A DNA stretch of 64,000 nt from IMG/VR virus record IMGVR_UViG_3300042448_000816, positions 1-64,000 of that record. The stretch is one strand, 5' to 3'. The first letter of the stretch is position 1; each line of letters begins with the position of its first letter. Position numbers and translations under genes: made by a program. This document shows, one piece after another, positions 37,998-48,706 of this stretch. The notes under the pieces were generated by a model. That model was not told the DNA's origin. It saw only the letters and a list, made by a program, of their open reading frames with translations, and made no database searches. Source of the stretch: a virus.

Positions 37998-38268
37998 TAG
38001 ACAACCTCTTTATATCCTTCAGAGCAATGGAGATGTCAACAGGATTAATTAAACATTTGCTACAGATTGGATCGTCATTATAGATTGACAAGTTTTGATC
38101 ACACTTCTTGCACTTTCTAACTTTACCAGTCCTACGACTAATTCTAGAAAGCTGATATCTTTCTGCAATCTTTTGTTTAGTTGCTCCGTCCCTACATTCA
38201 GGAGAGCAATATATTTGATAGGAAACCTTAGTTTCAAAACTTAGGTCACACCATTGACAGTGCTTCAT
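37984..38268 (-). CDS. Zinc-finger protein
   Basis: CQWC, YCSPEC, CKKC and CSKC. Confidence 0.75.
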   Translation of the reverse strand: MKHCQWCDLSFETKVSYQIYCSPECRDGATKQKIAERYQLSRISRRTGKVRKCKKCDQNLSIYNDDPICSKCLINPVDISIALKDIKRLSNGKS

Positions 38269-39052
38269 CTAGCGGCTCCAGGGACTTAATCTTTATCTCC
38301 CCAGTTCCCGCCACATCACAAGTTGCCCTGATAGGACAAGTCTTGCAAATTTTTGAATTGGACCTATAGTTTTTCTCTGGCAGGGTTTTATTTTCCCAAG
38401 CCTTCCTAACTGTTCTCATCCATTCAAAAGCGTTCTCTACCCACTTAAAAGAATACTCATTTAATTCTACAGGAAAAATCAATAGCTCGTGATTGTTTTT
38501 ATTTTCATAAATCATCACAGCCTTGCTCTTATTTAAAATCTTCATATAAATAAGTAACTGAATCAGATGTCCTGATTTTGGCTTTCCTGCAATTTTTCTA
38601 TACTCAAAACCTTCGTTGGGCATAGTCTTGATCTCACCAAGAAGATCCTGACCATCCCAGTCTAAAACAACATCTCCATAGCCAAAGATCGGTGGATCAG
38701 AGTATGTAATCTTAAACTCTGAATCTTTAAGGATGCCAGCATCGCCCATGGCTTTCTGAATTCTTTCATGAGACTTTGTTCCAGCCGTCATGTTTGCACC
38801 GCCGTAGGCATCTGCATTGTCTGTAAACATTGCACCCTCAAAAGCTAGATACCAATATCTAGGACATTCTCCGTGAGAGTATGCAATGGTTGATGGAGCA
38901 AAGCTTGTTTTTTTAGTAAACTTATCTACACGATTAACAATGTAGCCACTCTTAATTTTTTCAATAAGTGCTGCCTGGTCCAAAAAGGATGGCCTTGAAA
39001 GAATCTTTTGCTCTGTCTTTATCATTACTTGCTGCAGCAAACTTTTTGTCAT
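38246..39052 (-). CDS. Cas4-like PD-(D/E)xK exonuclease
   Basis: PS..CPR, GT..H, GD, EIK and Q..IY motifs; C-terminal CKTCP...C. Confidence 0.85.
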   Translation of the reverse strand: MTKSLLQQVMIKTEQKILSRPSFLDQAALIEKIKSGYIVNRVDKFTKKTSFAPSTIAYSHGECPRYWYLAFEGAMFTDNADAYGGANMTAGTKSHERIQKAMGDAGILKDSEFKITYSDPPIFGYGDVVLDWDGQDLLGEIKTMPNEGFEYRKIAGKPKSGHLIQLLIYMKILNKSKAVMIYENKNNHELLIFPVELNEYSFKWVENAFEWMRTVRKAWENKTLPEKNYRSNSKICKTCPIRATCDVAGTGEIKIKSLEPLDEALSMV

Positions 39053-39086
39053 TGTTAAGCTCTTCTCTATATCCTTCTAGTATACA

Positions 39087-39392
39087 CTATCTGGCGATAT
39101 ATTTCAAGGCAGAGACCAAGTTATTAATGGCTTCTGCAGCAGTGTAGTATAGATTTTTCTTCCCACGATCTGACTTGTCCACATTAGCCATCCAAGTGGC
39201 TTTAAAGGCCATCTTAGCAGCTATTGCTTGTAGTCTTACTATTTCAATGGTGACTACATTGATAGGGATATCTGGCTTAATAATTACCTTGGCAATAAAG
39301 GTCAGGGCTGTATTTAGCTCCTCATCCTGCATATACTCTGCAATTTCAGATAGTCCGTTGATTGAGTCGATGGTTGTCTGCTGTTGTTCCAT
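39087..39392 (-). CDS. Hypothetical protein
   Basis: 101-aa leaderless ORF. Confidence 0.7.
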   Translation of the reverse strand: MEQQQTTIDSINGLSEIAEYMQDEELNTALTFIAKVIIKPDIPINVVTIEIVRLQAIAAKMAFKATWMANVDKSDRGKKNLYYTAAEAINNLVSALKYIAR

Positions 39393-39399
39393 GAGAATA

Positions 39400-40014
39400 T
39401 TATACCTCAGATTCCTTATCGTATCCAGAGATGGCTAGCTTTTCTTTTGTGGTTGCACTTCCCTTACCCACAAACCAAGGAAGCAATTCATGATAAAGGT
39501 CTACCAGAAGATTTACGTCCTGAATCTGGTACTCTTTCATTTCCTTCCAGGCCTTTTTGTCGCCTTCCATGCAGCGAATCCATAGCTTAAATCCAGAGTG
39601 CTTCACCTTGGCCCCAACGTCTAGTTTTTGTGCAACATAGTCTAGCTTGTTCGATGGGAACAAGAAGTTAGCCTTTGTGATACTCATAAGGTCTAGATCT
39701 TTTGTAGGTGATGGTGGTGCCATCCTGTTCTCCAAAAACTCTCGATTAATATGCTTGTGGTCAAAAGCTGCAGAGTTCCAGCCGACTAGCAAGTCTGCTT
39801 CGTCCATTAGCTTGTGCAACTCTTTTAGCATTTCCTTTTTACCATCGTGGTAAACAGACTTAAAAATTACTTTCTTTCCGTCTAGCCACCTTGCACCAAA
39901 GCATAGCATCTCTGTGCTTTTGATGATTTGATCAATGCTAATGTTCTGGTCCCAAAGGCCCCATGCATAAACCTGCATTGGTGTTGTTTCTATATCTAGT
40001 AGTAATATTTTCAT
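39400..40014 (-). CDS. DnaQ/RNase H-fold 3'-5' exonuclease
   Basis: LDIET, WN..FD, DL, KLDYV and Y..QDV motifs. Confidence 0.88.
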   Translation of the reverse strand: MKILLLDIETTPMQVYAWGLWDQNISIDQIIKSTEMLCFGARWLDGKKVIFKSVYHDGKKEMLKELHKLMDEADLLVGWNSAAFDHKHINREFLENRMAPPSPTKDLDLMSITKANFLFPSNKLDYVAQKLDVGAKVKHSGFKLWIRCMEGDKKAWKEMKEYQIQDVNLLVDLYHELLPWFVGKGSATTKEKLAISGYDKESEV

Positions 40015-40017
40015 TTT

Positions 40018-40299
40018 TTATTTTCCTGTCAGTTCTTCTAGTATTGATAATTCTATAATTGCTAATCTTGTTTTCATTCCAGACTCTCCTAGCACGACTA
40101 CGATTGCTGGATCGTTGTTATTCTTAATCGCATCCGTAGTTGCTTTAGCCCATACATCTTTATTTAAGGTAAATGATTTACCGACTTCTTTAAAATCAAC
40201 AGTAAAGTTTTCCCACGAAGCATCACCTTTGTGAATGCCTCTGCCAGAATTCTTGTGCTGTTTAGCACCAAGCCTTTTGCTCTCACTTCTCTCGCTCAT
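40018..40299 (-). CDS. Small PD-(D/E)xK Holliday-junction-resolvase-like protein
   Basis: NSG..KGD..VDFKE motif. Confidence 0.7.
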   Translation of the reverse strand: MSERSESKRLGAKQHKNSGRGIHKGDASWENFTVDFKEVGKSFTLNKDVWAKATTDAIKNNNDPAIVVVLGESGMKTRLAIIELSILEELTGK

Positions 40300-40459
40300 A
40301 GTCCCTCTTTGTCTTTGGTTTTAAGCTTACGTTTGTGATATGTTTTTCTGAACACATCCAGCTAAGCAGCTTATCCTCTCCATAACAGCGTAAAGACGTG
40401 ACTTCTTCTTTACAGGTATGGCACTTAAACTTGCCACTAATAACTATATACTTAGACAT
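40283..40459 (-). CDS. 58-aa Zn-ribbon protein
   Basis: Hand translation: MSKYIVISGKFKCHTC...WMCSEKH. Confidence 0.6.
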   Translation of the reverse strand: MSKYIVISGKFKCHTCKEEVTSLRCYGEDKLLSWMCSEKHITNVSLKPKTKRDYEREK

Positions 40460-41459
40460 CTAGCTTACTTCTAATTGAGGCCTCTAGATCTTTGTCTTCT
40501 TTTACCTTATTGACAAATCCGTCCCTGCCCTGGACCTTAGACCCGTCTGGGAGGATGTACCAGGCCCCAGAACGCTCTACAATTCCTAAAAGCTCTGCAG
40601 TGTCCACTAGGTCCCCAATGGCGTCTATACCGATTGTGTCGCCTCTGAAGTAGAAGTCATATTCCCCAGCATCTCCTGGGGCAGAGGTCTTAGAGTTTTG
40701 GACTTCCCAGAGGACTCTTCTACCCATCTTTTGCTCAATCAGCTTATCCCCAACCTTAATCTTTCCCTTAATAGCCTTAGAGTCTGAGCTAGAAGAAAAC
40801 AGCTTAACTATTGTAGAAGACATGAACTGAGTAGTCAGTCCTCCAGTGGGAACAGACTGTGTATACATGGCTTGAATGTTGTTTCTGGCTTGAGAAATGG
40901 CAATTATTAGAGCTGGCTTTTCACGATTGTTAGCGTAGTTTAGCATCAGCCAGGCATGCTTCAGGTCTTTAGACTCTGCACCAATTTGTTTGGTCTGGTC
41001 TAAAGCCTTTAGCTCATCAGAATCTTTCTCAAAGTATACGGCTGGAAGAAGAGAGCTAATACTATCAATCACAATAATGTCTACACCTGCGTGAAGAAGT
41101 GCAACACCAACGTCTACCATATCGTTTATACTTCTAGCTTCAGAGTATATTAGCTTAGATGTATCTACCCCAAGCTTTTTTGCCCAATCTTCATCATAGG
41201 ACATCTCTGCATCTACCCAAGCACAGAGCTTTCCCTCTTTTTGTGCCATAGCAATTGTTTGCAAGCAAAGAGAAGATTTTGCACTGGACTTGCTTCCCCA
41301 AAGAAGAACTTGTCTTCCATACGGAAATCCGCCGCCAAGTGCTCTGTTAAGACCCACGCTTGGGGTAGGCTGTAGTTCTGTTTTAACACCTACTCCAGAA
41401 CCGATTCTTTTTCTAATCTTTGGATCTAAAAGTGCAAAAGCTTCTTCTATAGTTGTCAT
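40452..41459 (-). CDS. RecA-like recombinase
   Basis: LGGGFPYGR, GSKSSAKS, VDAE, IDSI and SQAR motifs. Confidence 0.92.
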   Translation of the reverse strand: MTTIEEAFALLDPKIRKRIGSGVGVKTELQPTPSVGLNRALGGGFPYGRQVLLWGSKSSAKSSLCLQTIAMAQKEGKLCAWVDAEMSYDEDWAKKLGVDTSKLIYSEARSINDMVDVGVALLHAGVDIIVIDSISSLLPAVYFEKDSDELKALDQTKQIGAESKDLKHAWLMLNYANNREKPALIIAISQARNNIQAMYTQSVPTGGLTTQFMSSTIVKLFSSSSDSKAIKGKIKVGDKLIEQKMGRRVLWEVQNSKTSAPGDAGEYDFYFRGDTIGIDAIGDLVDTAELLGIVERSGAWYILPDGSKVQGRDGFVNKVKEDKDLEASIRSKLDV

Positions 41460-41785
41460 TAAAACTTTACTCCATGTCTTTCTGGTCGTGACTTATTAAA
41501 ACTAGTCTTATTGTTTAGAGCTACCTGTAGCTCTTGGTCGACATATCCATTATCCACCAATCCTTGGTATAAGTCAAGTGTTCTGATTACAATGTCTGCC
41601 ATTTCGTCAGCGACTTCTTGCTTTCCCTTATTTTTACGAATGGCTTCCATGACCTCTACTGCTTCTGACACAATCATCATTAGCTGTTTAGTAATAAAAA
41701 TATCGTCTACCTTCTCAGGCCAGAAGCCTTTTTCTACTGCAGTAGTATGAATTTCTTTTGCCATATCGTCTAGCCTGTTATACAT
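41459..41785 (-). CDS. MazG-like nucleotide pyrophosphohydrolase
   Basis: SE..E..EA.RK..EMAD.VIR.LD..N.SR..RHG motif. Confidence 0.85.
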   Translation of the reverse strand: MYNRLDDMAKEIHTTAVEKGFWPEKVDDIFITKQLMMIVSEAVEVMEAIRKNKGKQEVADEMADIVIRTLDLYQGLVDNGYVDQELQVALNNKTSFNKSRPERHGVKF

Positions 41786-44700
41786 CTTTTACATCCTCCA
41801 TAATTATTGTTCCATCTTTTGTTTTTCCGAAAGAGAAGCTATATGCAGACCCCTCTTGAACTTTCATATATGCCTTTGGAAAGGCTGTTGGGAATACCGT
41901 TACTGAGTGCAGGTTTCTAGAACTATCTGCAAGTGTTAGTGAGGCCATCTTCTTGCCAGCCTTGGTGATCCTTGGCTTAAAGGAAACAACAAACATGTCA
42001 TCATCTTTGTAAGGTAGCTGCTTGTATCCCAAAAACTTTACAAGGGCATTACTGGATTGTTTAATTTCATCCACAGGGATAGCAGTAACAATCCTATTGT
42101 TATCGCATAGAAGGAGGTAACTCCTACCAGCCTCAATAGTGGTTTGCTCTTCATCAAATATTCCTACGCTTCCAGTCTTATCTAAGACTTCTACACGTGA
42201 CCAACCTTTTCCACGCTTAATAGATTTTACCATACCCATCAAGACAAATGCTCCCTTTTCTTCAAACTCTTCTATTGGATTAATGAAGGCATAGTAGTGA
42301 GAAGGAACCGTGATGTTGAACTCTGGAAGGTTCAAAAACTCATAAAGATTTTCCTTAATCTCTTCTTCGTTTCTTGGATTGTCTTCAAAGGTAGCTGCAC
42401 CAATTACACGCAACGCCTGTAGAGATCTAGTGTTTACGCCACTACCCTTGGCAAGAGTAAACTCTTCCAAATGCTTATAGCTTTTGAATGGTCTTTGAGC
42501 AATGTACTTTGCAGCAATGTTATCAGAGATAAACTTAATAGCAGTTAGCCCAAAACGAATTCCCTTACCCTCAATCTTAAAGTCTGCATCAGAGTCGTTA
42601 ACGTGAGGTAGCTTAACAGAGATACCCATACGCTTAGCTTCAATAAGATACTCTGTTCTAGTATCCTTATCCTTTTCATTCTTTAGCAAAGAATACATAA
42701 ACTCTAGTGGGTAGTAATACTTCAACCATGCTGTCCAATATGAAAGAGTCGAGTAAGCCACAGCGTGAGACTTGTTGAAGGAATAGCCTGCGTGTGCCTC
42801 AAAGTCTTGCCACAAATCTCTTGCAGAGTTAGGAGCCATAAACTTAGAAGCTCCATCAATAAACTTATCCTTAAACTTGTCAAACTCTTTGGCGTCCTTC
42901 TTCTTACCGATGATCTTACGAACTTGGTCTGCCTCTGCCATCGTCATTCCGCCAAGCTCTGTACAGGCTTGCATAACCTGTTCCTGGTACAAGATACATC
43001 CGTAGGTCTCCTGAGTAAAAGCTTTCATGACCTGGTGGTGGTAACTAATATTTTGTTTACCGTGCTTACGAGCAATGTAATCTTTACCAATAGTATTCAT
43101 AGCACCTGGACGAACTAGAGCGTTGGATGCAGCTAGCTCAGCAAAGTTTTTAATACCCATCTTTACAAGCAGGTTAGTATAGGGAGTGGCTTCACACTGG
43201 AACACACCCTTCGTATATCCAGAAGAAAGCATTTCATAAACTTTTTGGTCTTCCATATTTACAGAAAGCAGCTCAAGCTTTTTGTTATGCCTTTGCTCAA
43301 TAATTTTAAGTGTGTCCTGAAGAACACTAAGAGTCTTTAGTCCTAGAGCATCAATCTTAATTAAACCAATACGCTCTGCCTCTGCCATGTCTACTGCAAC
43401 TACAGGAATTCTTTCGTCTGATCCAGGAGATGATCTGGTTTCCATTGGTGCATACCTAAAGATTGGCTCCTTGGATGTTACAACTCCAGCTGCATGAATT
43501 CCCGTACCACGAATTCTTCCACGAAGCTGTTCTCCGTATCTTTCAATCTCTGGATACTTCTCACGAAACTCTGCAGTAGACTTTGATGTGCAGTATTCAT
43601 CCCAAGTGTCTACAAGCTTCATAACCTTGTTTACGTCTGGAAGAGGAATGTTTAGCACACGGGCAATGTCTCTCACAACACCCTTATCTTTGAAAGATAG
43701 GAAAGTTGCAATAGATGCAACGTGACGATATTGGCGGACAAGATAATCTTTTACTTCCTCACGACGGTTGTCCTGAATGTCCGTATCAATATCTGGGAAG
43801 TCGTTACGTTCTGGATTAATAAATCGGAAGAACAGTAGTCCGTGTTTGATTGGATCAATATCTGTAATCCCAAGAGTGTAGCAAAGAAGTGAGCCAGCAG
43901 AAGATCCACGTCCTGGACCAACCATGATGTCTTCTTTCTTTGCCCACGCAATCATAGAGCGTACGACAAGGAAGTATGGTCCAAAGTTTTTATCTTTGAT
44001 AACCTTAAGCTCTTCGTCTAATCTTTCTAGATACTGTGGGTCTGCCTCTAGTCCTCTAGCCTTTAAACCTTCTAGGGCTAGTGTCTTTAGCTCTTTGTCT
44101 GGGTCTTTGTATTGAACTGGCAAAAGGTTCATGTGGTCTTGGATGTTATAATCCTCGATCTTATTAGATATCTCAATTGTATTTTCATACATGTCATCTC
44201 TATCAATACCCTGAGCCTCCATGGCAGAACGCATCTCTTCATTAGATAGCAAGTGAATATCAAACTTGTTAAAACTCATCTGTCTGTCTGCACCATACAG
44301 ATAATCTAGTCTGTCCATAAGGTTATCAAACTTTTTAGACTTGTCGTATGTAGCATCCTTTTCAACCTTGTTAGAGTAAGTGTTAAGGATAAGCTTTAGC
44401 TCTTGAATTTCTTTTTGCTCTGGACCTGAGTGGTGACAGTCTGGAGTTACTACGGGCTTGATGCCAAATTCATCTGCCAATTCTAAGATTGTTTTGTTCA
44501 TCTCTGGTGGATTGTGTGGCATTACCTCAAGGTAATAGTCATCACCAAAAGTATCTTTACACCACTTGATATGTGTTTTAGCAAAGGCTAGGTTTCCTGC
44601 CTCAATTGCCTTAGCCAATACTCCACTAAGACATCCAGAGGTGACTACGATACCCTCTTTATACTGTTCTAAAACTTTCCAGTCAATTCTTGGTTTCTTG

Positions 44701-45056
44701 AAAAATCCCTCAGTCCAAGCAATCTCATTTAGTTTGTTTAGGTTTTCTAGACCTTTAGGATTCTTGGCAAGAAGGACAAGGTGGTTATAAACAAGGTCTA
44801 GTGGCCCTGTTCTCTCGTCTTTATCACGACGGTCAAAACGATCCTCCGTTATATATCCTTCTACGCCAAGTATTGGCTTGATGCCCTTTTCTTTTGCAGC
44901 ACGGTACATCTCTCTGTGACCAGACAAAGAACCGTGGTCAGTGATTGCAATAGCGGACATCCCTAGTTCAGATGCACGATCTACATACTCTTGTGGAGTT
45001 GCGATTCCATCAAAGAGTGAGTAGTGCGTGTGAACGTGTAAGCCAACATACCCCAT
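41778..45056 (-). CDS. dnaE: DNA polymerase III alpha subunit
   Basis: PHP domain (HVHTHYSLFDG, ITDHG); GRGS, PDIDTD, HAAGVV, KIDALGL, YQEQ and FNKSH motifs. Confidence 0.96.
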   Translation of the reverse strand: MGYVGLHVHTHYSLFDGIATPQEYVDRASELGMSAIAITDHGSLSGHREMYRAAKEKGIKPILGVEGYITEDRFDRRDKDERTGPLDLVYNHLVLLAKNPKGLENLNKLNEIAWTEGFFKKPRIDWKVLEQYKEGIVVTSGCLSGVLAKAIEAGNLAFAKTHIKWCKDTFGDDYYLEVMPHNPPEMNKTILELADEFGIKPVVTPDCHHSGPEQKEIQELKLILNTYSNKVEKDATYDKSKKFDNLMDRLDYLYGADRQMSFNKFDIHLLSNEEMRSAMEAQGIDRDDMYENTIEISNKIEDYNIQDHMNLLPVQYKDPDKELKTLALEGLKARGLEADPQYLERLDEELKVIKDKNFGPYFLVVRSMIAWAKKEDIMVGPGRGSSAGSLLCYTLGITDIDPIKHGLLFFRFINPERNDFPDIDTDIQDNRREEVKDYLVRQYRHVASIATFLSFKDKGVVRDIARVLNIPLPDVNKVMKLVDTWDEYCTSKSTAEFREKYPEIERYGEQLRGRIRGTGIHAAGVVTSKEPIFRYAPMETRSSPGSDERIPVVAVDMAEAERIGLIKIDALGLKTLSVLQDTLKIIEQRHNKKLELLSVNMEDQKVYEMLSSGYTKGVFQCEATPYTNLLVKMGIKNFAELAASNALVRPGAMNTIGKDYIARKHGKQNISYHHQVMKAFTQETYGCILYQEQVMQACTELGGMTMAEADQVRKIIGKKKDAKEFDKFKDKFIDGASKFMAPNSARDLWQDFEAHAGYSFNKSHAVAYSTLSYWTAWLKYYYPLEFMYSLLKNEKDKDTRTEYLIEAKRMGISVKLPHVNDSDADFKIEGKGIRFGLTAIKFISDNIAAKYIAQRPFKSYKHLEEFTLAKGSGVNTRSLQALRVIGAATFEDNPRNEEEIKENLYEFLNLPEFNITVPSHYYAFINPIEEFEEKGAFVLMGMVKSIKRGKGWSRVEVLDKTGSVGIFDEEQTTIEAGRSYLLLCDNNRIVTAIPVDEIKQSSNALVKFLGYKQLPYKDDDMFVVSFKPRITKAGKKMASLTLADSSRNLHSVTVFPTAFPKAYMKVQEGSAYSFSFGKTKDGTIIMEDVKDV

Positions 45057-45069
45057 ATATTTTTACCTA

Positions 45070-45726
45070 CTACCAGTCAATATTGGTAGCTGATGTTGAT
45101 GATGGAGAGTCAAAGCCCAAGTAAAAAGCTTCCTGCTCTGCATACGGAATATTCCTTAGAGCTAGCTCTAGTGGGAACGCTTCTACTCCAGACCAGTTGT
45201 ATGGCTCTGTGTCAGGTCCAGATGGGAACAACGTGTAAGTTGTTTCTGTACCCTGGCCACTACGCTTTAGCTTCCAGCTTAGGTTTGAAATGCTTCCAGT
45301 CTCTAGTGCATACTCACGAATTGTGTTGAATGCAGACTGCTTACTGATACCCATAGACCAGATTGCGACATACGGATCTTCTATTCCGTCGTCAACTAGG
45401 ACGTTGCAGTAAAAACGAAGACGTGCTTTCCAGCCAGCCTTTGGATCTTTACGGTGCATCTCTTCTGCCCAGTCACGGCCTTCTGTTTCCATTGTGTCTA
45501 CAGCCTTACGCTTGTAGTCCTTTGGATTTGTGTGCTCTTTTACTACAATTGCTAGACCACGCTTTTCATCATAGTTTGATGAATCTTCGTCTAGCTCTTC
45601 AATAAAGCGGATCTTTACAGCCTGTCCGTCAGCTAGCTTTAGCCAGCGAACCTTGCTTCCAGTTCCTTCGTACTTTGGTTTGTCAAGCAGGGCGTTGATA
45701 TCTTTTAGTCCCTTTGTTACGCTCAT
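45070..45726 (-). CDS. Single-stranded DNA-binding protein (gp32-like)
   Basis: Between primase and DnaE; KR.GQGTETTY motif; tail ending in IDW. Confidence 0.7.
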   Translation of the reverse strand: MSVTKGLKDINALLDKPKYEGTGSKVRWLKLADGQAVKIRFIEELDEDSSNYDEKRGLAIVVKEHTNPKDYKRKAVDTMETEGRDWAEEMHRKDPKAGWKARLRFYCNVLVDDGIEDPYVAIWSMGISKQSAFNTIREYALETGSISNLSWKLKRSGQGTETTYTLFPSGPDTEPYNWSGVEAFPLELALRNIPYAEQEAFYLGFDSPSSTSATNIDW

Positions 45727-45758
45727 ATTTATTCTCCTATATTTTGATTGTTACTTTT

Positions 45759-46703
45759 TTATTTTAGCATATTAGCAATAGTATTGTCAAACTTAGAGTC
45801 TAATGACTTTATATCTTCGTCTGACATATCACCAATGTCTTTGTATTTATTATCTAGTTGTATTACAGAAACACGAGAGCCAAGCTTATCCAAAAGCTTT
45901 TTCTTCATATTGCCGCCTGCTTCATCATTATCTGCAATAACAATAATGTTATTGAAATACTTTTGAAGAAGTTCTATTTGCATACTAGAAACATTTGCTC
46001 CTAGTGTGGCTACTGCTGCTAGGCCGACTTGGTCTAGCCTAATTGCATCAAAGGATGATTCTACCACATAAACCTGCTCTGCAGTTTTTACACGGTTTAT
46101 GTTAAACAAAGTTTTGCTCTTAGGCAGGCCTGTACTATTTTTAAACTCTTTGCCCTCAATAGATCTTCCAACAAACCCTAAAAGAATTCCGTCTGGTGAG
46201 TGAACTGGGACAGTCACCATATCAAAATTTGCTGAAAAACCTAGTCCAAATTTTATCATAGATTCTTTATTAATTTTTCTGCCATTAAAGTAAGTGCTGG
46301 CTCTTGGAGAATCCATGGCTTGCAAGTGAAGTTTTTTAATTTGAAGCTCATCATATGCTACATACTCTTGCCTGGTGTGCAACTGACGAGTCATCTCTTG
46401 TTCTAGATCTGTTTCTTGTTCTTTGCTTTTAATAAAACGAACTGACTCAAAGTATGTTCTGCCAGAAGTAAACATTGTAAACTCAACAAGGTCAGAAGTT
46501 TTTTGACAGGAAAAGCAAAAGAATATGCCACTGTCTTTATTTATTTCTCCAGCTGGACTGCGGTGGTTATTATGAAACGGACAAAAAATTATAAAGTCAG
46601 AATCTAGCTCAGTCTGAACCTCTATACCCGATCCCGCAAGAACTCTTCTAACTTGCTCTTTTGTGTATAGATTACCTTTGTTCCGTCTAGTCCTATTATC
46701 CAC
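45759..46703 (-). CDS. DNA primase (CHC2 Zn finger plus TOPRIM)
   Basis: CPFH..CFSC, VVESSFDA, DNDEAG and KDIGD motifs. Confidence 0.92.
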   Translation of the reverse strand: MDNRTRRNKGNLYTKEQVRRVLAGSGIEVQTELDSDFIIFCPFHNNHRSPAGEINKDSGIFFCFSCQKTSDLVEFTMFTSGRTYFESVRFIKSKEQETDLEQEMTRQLHTRQEYVAYDELQIKKLHLQAMDSPRASTYFNGRKINKESMIKFGLGFSANFDMVTVPVHSPDGILLGFVGRSIEGKEFKNSTGLPKSKTLFNINRVKTAEQVYVVESSFDAIRLDQVGLAAVATLGANVSSMQIELLQKYFNNIIVIADNDEAGGNMKKKLLDKLGSRVSVIQLDNKYKDIGDMSDEDIKSLDSKFDNTIANMLK

Positions 46704-46948
46704 TGTGTTTTTTTCTTTCCTACGTATATTCCATATGTCGTTAATTTAAATTCAAATATTTGTGCTTCTTTATTATACCGTATTGTGAAGTCTGGGTCAA
46801 TGTCTAGTCTTGGCACATACCCCAGAGTTTCCATCTCAATTACTAATAGCTTTATATATTCTGTTTTTAGTCGTGCAATTGTTGAGTCGTCGTAAATGCT
46901 TCCATCTAACGAAAAACTCTTAATCGGTTTATGGTGTAAATTGTCCAT
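46622..46948 (-). CDS. Hypothetical protein
   Basis: Leaderless start; GYVPRLDIDPDF motif. Confidence 0.65.
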   Translation of the reverse strand: MDNLHHKPIKSFSLDGSIYDDSTIARLKTEYIKLLVIEMETLGYVPRLDIDPDFTIRYNKEAQIFEFKLTTYGIYVGKKKTQWIIGLDGTKVIYTQKSKLEEFLRDRV

Positions 46949-46960
46949 AAACCATTATAA

Positions 46961-48181
46961 CTACTTATCTTCATAATCCTTGTACTTGTACCAGCCTTTG
47001 TCAAAGTCTGCCTGCACAAGGAAGTCTCCCATAAATCCATTACGGTTCTTTCTGAAAACACATTCTAGGATATCGCTATTAGCTGCTCTACCCATTGCTA
47101 GCACCCAGTCAGCATCGTAGGCAATCTGGCGTGACCAAGCTGTCTGTCCCAGCGTAGGTACGGTATCAAGTTTTGTAACGTCGTCTGGTGTTGCAGACGA
47201 GATAGCCATGATTGGAACCTCTTCTCCAATAGCCATAAGCTTTAGTTCACGAGACAGGTTTTTCATTCTCACAGTTTCATTATCTGACTTTTGGTTAGGG
47301 CTCATTAGCTGTAGGTAGTCAACAATGACAAAGTCTGGCTTATACTGATCTATCTTTCCACGAAGAACTGACGGAGTAATGTCTCCACCAGTATCATTAG
47401 ATATGATATGAAACTCTGGCTTACCCTCAACATTGACCTTGTGCCAACGCTTTAGGTCATCAATATTTATTTCTCCGTTACTTATCTTACGGTGTGACCA
47501 AAGGCCTTCACCCATAATTGTAAACACACGATTACGAACTTCTGTCTCTGACATCTCAAGGCTAATAACCATGGGAGACTTACCCTGTTTCCAAGCCTGA
47601 ACGGCAAAGTACAGGGATAGCCAAGACTTACCAATACCTGGGTAGGCAAGAAAGACTCCTAGTTGCCCTGGCATAATTCCAGAAGGTAGGTAGTTATCGA
47701 AGCCTGGTAGCCCAGTCTTAATTCCTAGTATACCTAATGCTTTTTGCTTCTGAACATTTTCAAAGTAAGCTACTGCAGAATCAATATCTGTAACATCAAT
47801 GTCACGAATAACTGCCGTGTTCTTTTTTAGCTCTGAGGTTTTTGTAATTAATTCTTCTAGGGCTTCTGGTCCCTTACCTCCCTGGACATCAGCAGCTGTT
47901 GTCATAAGAATATCTTTTAGGCTAGAGTTAAGATACTCTGCTTGCAATTCTTCTAGGTGGTGCTTTGTTGATCCCACGTCTTCTGTAGTAGTAAAGTCTC
48001 TAAACTTTTCTAAGACTAGGCTTACTGGAGGCACAGATGCGTTTACTTCAGAATACTTTCTGATAAACTGCCAAACATCAGTATGAGTACGTAATAGGTT
48101 TTCTACGTTTGCCTGTAGCAAAACATGAACCTGTTTGTCTTTTAAGACTGCAGATATTAGTTTTGCTTCTACGTTACTCAC
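46961..48181 (-). CDS. dnaB: DnaB-like replicative helicase
   Basis: PGIGKS, SLEM, VDYLQLM, SRELK, DAD and KNRNG motifs. Confidence 0.93.
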   Translation of the reverse strand: MSNVEAKLISAVLKDKQVHVLLQANVENLLRTHTDVWQFIRKYSEVNASVPPVSLVLEKFRDFTTTEDVGSTKHHLEELQAEYLNSSLKDILMTTAADVQGGKGPEALEELITKTSELKKNTAVIRDIDVTDIDSAVAYFENVQKQKALGILGIKTGLPGFDNYLPSGIMPGQLGVFLAYPGIGKSWLSLYFAVQAWKQGKSPMVISLEMSETEVRNRVFTIMGEGLWSHRKISNGEINIDDLKRWHKVNVEGKPEFHIISNDTGGDITPSVLRGKIDQYKPDFVIVDYLQLMSPNQKSDNETVRMKNLSRELKLMAIGEEVPIMAISSATPDDVTKLDTVPTLGQTAWSRQIAYDADWVLAMGRAANSDILECVFRKNRNGFMGDFLVQADFDKGWYKYKDYEDK

Positions 48182-48697
48182 TTAGCCACTCCTTTGCTTG
48201 TTTTCTTCTCTCGGCACGTTCTCTTAAATCTTGTACTAATCTTTCCCTGGAAGTTATAATAGTGTCTGCATAGTTTGCAAAATATTTCCAGTTAGGGTTT
48301 GGGCTTACCTCAAAGTAATAGTCTAACATATCATAGCAGACCTCTAGAGTGAAAGACTCTATTAAAGCATCTGCTGCCCACTGCTCTACGTTTAGATTGA
48401 CAATAGGCTTTTCTTCATACCTGGCTTTGTGTAGCTTAGCGTACCTGCTAAGTAAAGCCATTCGGTATTTACGTTCGGCCATTACTTGCTGTCAATTTCA
48501 GAAGAGGCTTCTTTAACCTTTTCTGCTAGCTTGTTTTCTACAAATTCATAGACACGCTCAAAGGCTTCGCCAGTGTTTTCGTTGTCTCGCTTGCTATCTG
48601 ACACTTCTAGGTCAATCCTTAGTGATTGAAAATTGCCAAGATTAAGCGTGTATCCTAGTCCAACTTTTACTCTAGTGCTTTCGTTTTCCATACCCAT
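48174..48697 (-). CDS. Two hypothetical ORFs (48174-48482; 48482-48697 with TLNLGNFQSLRID)
   Basis: Coupled to the helicase gene. Confidence 0.7.
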
Positions 48698-48706
48698 ATC
48701 TTTCTA

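Noticed and set aside
38246-39052. CRISPR-Cas system suggested by the Cas4-like gene
   Set aside because: No repeat-spacer array or other cas gene was seen; solo Cas4-like nucleases are routine in phage replication modules.
31299-48181. Inteins or introns in nrdJ, terL, recA-like, dnaE and dnaB
   Set aside because: The frames are continuous, lengths are ordinary, and no splice-junction or homing-endonuclease motifs were seen.
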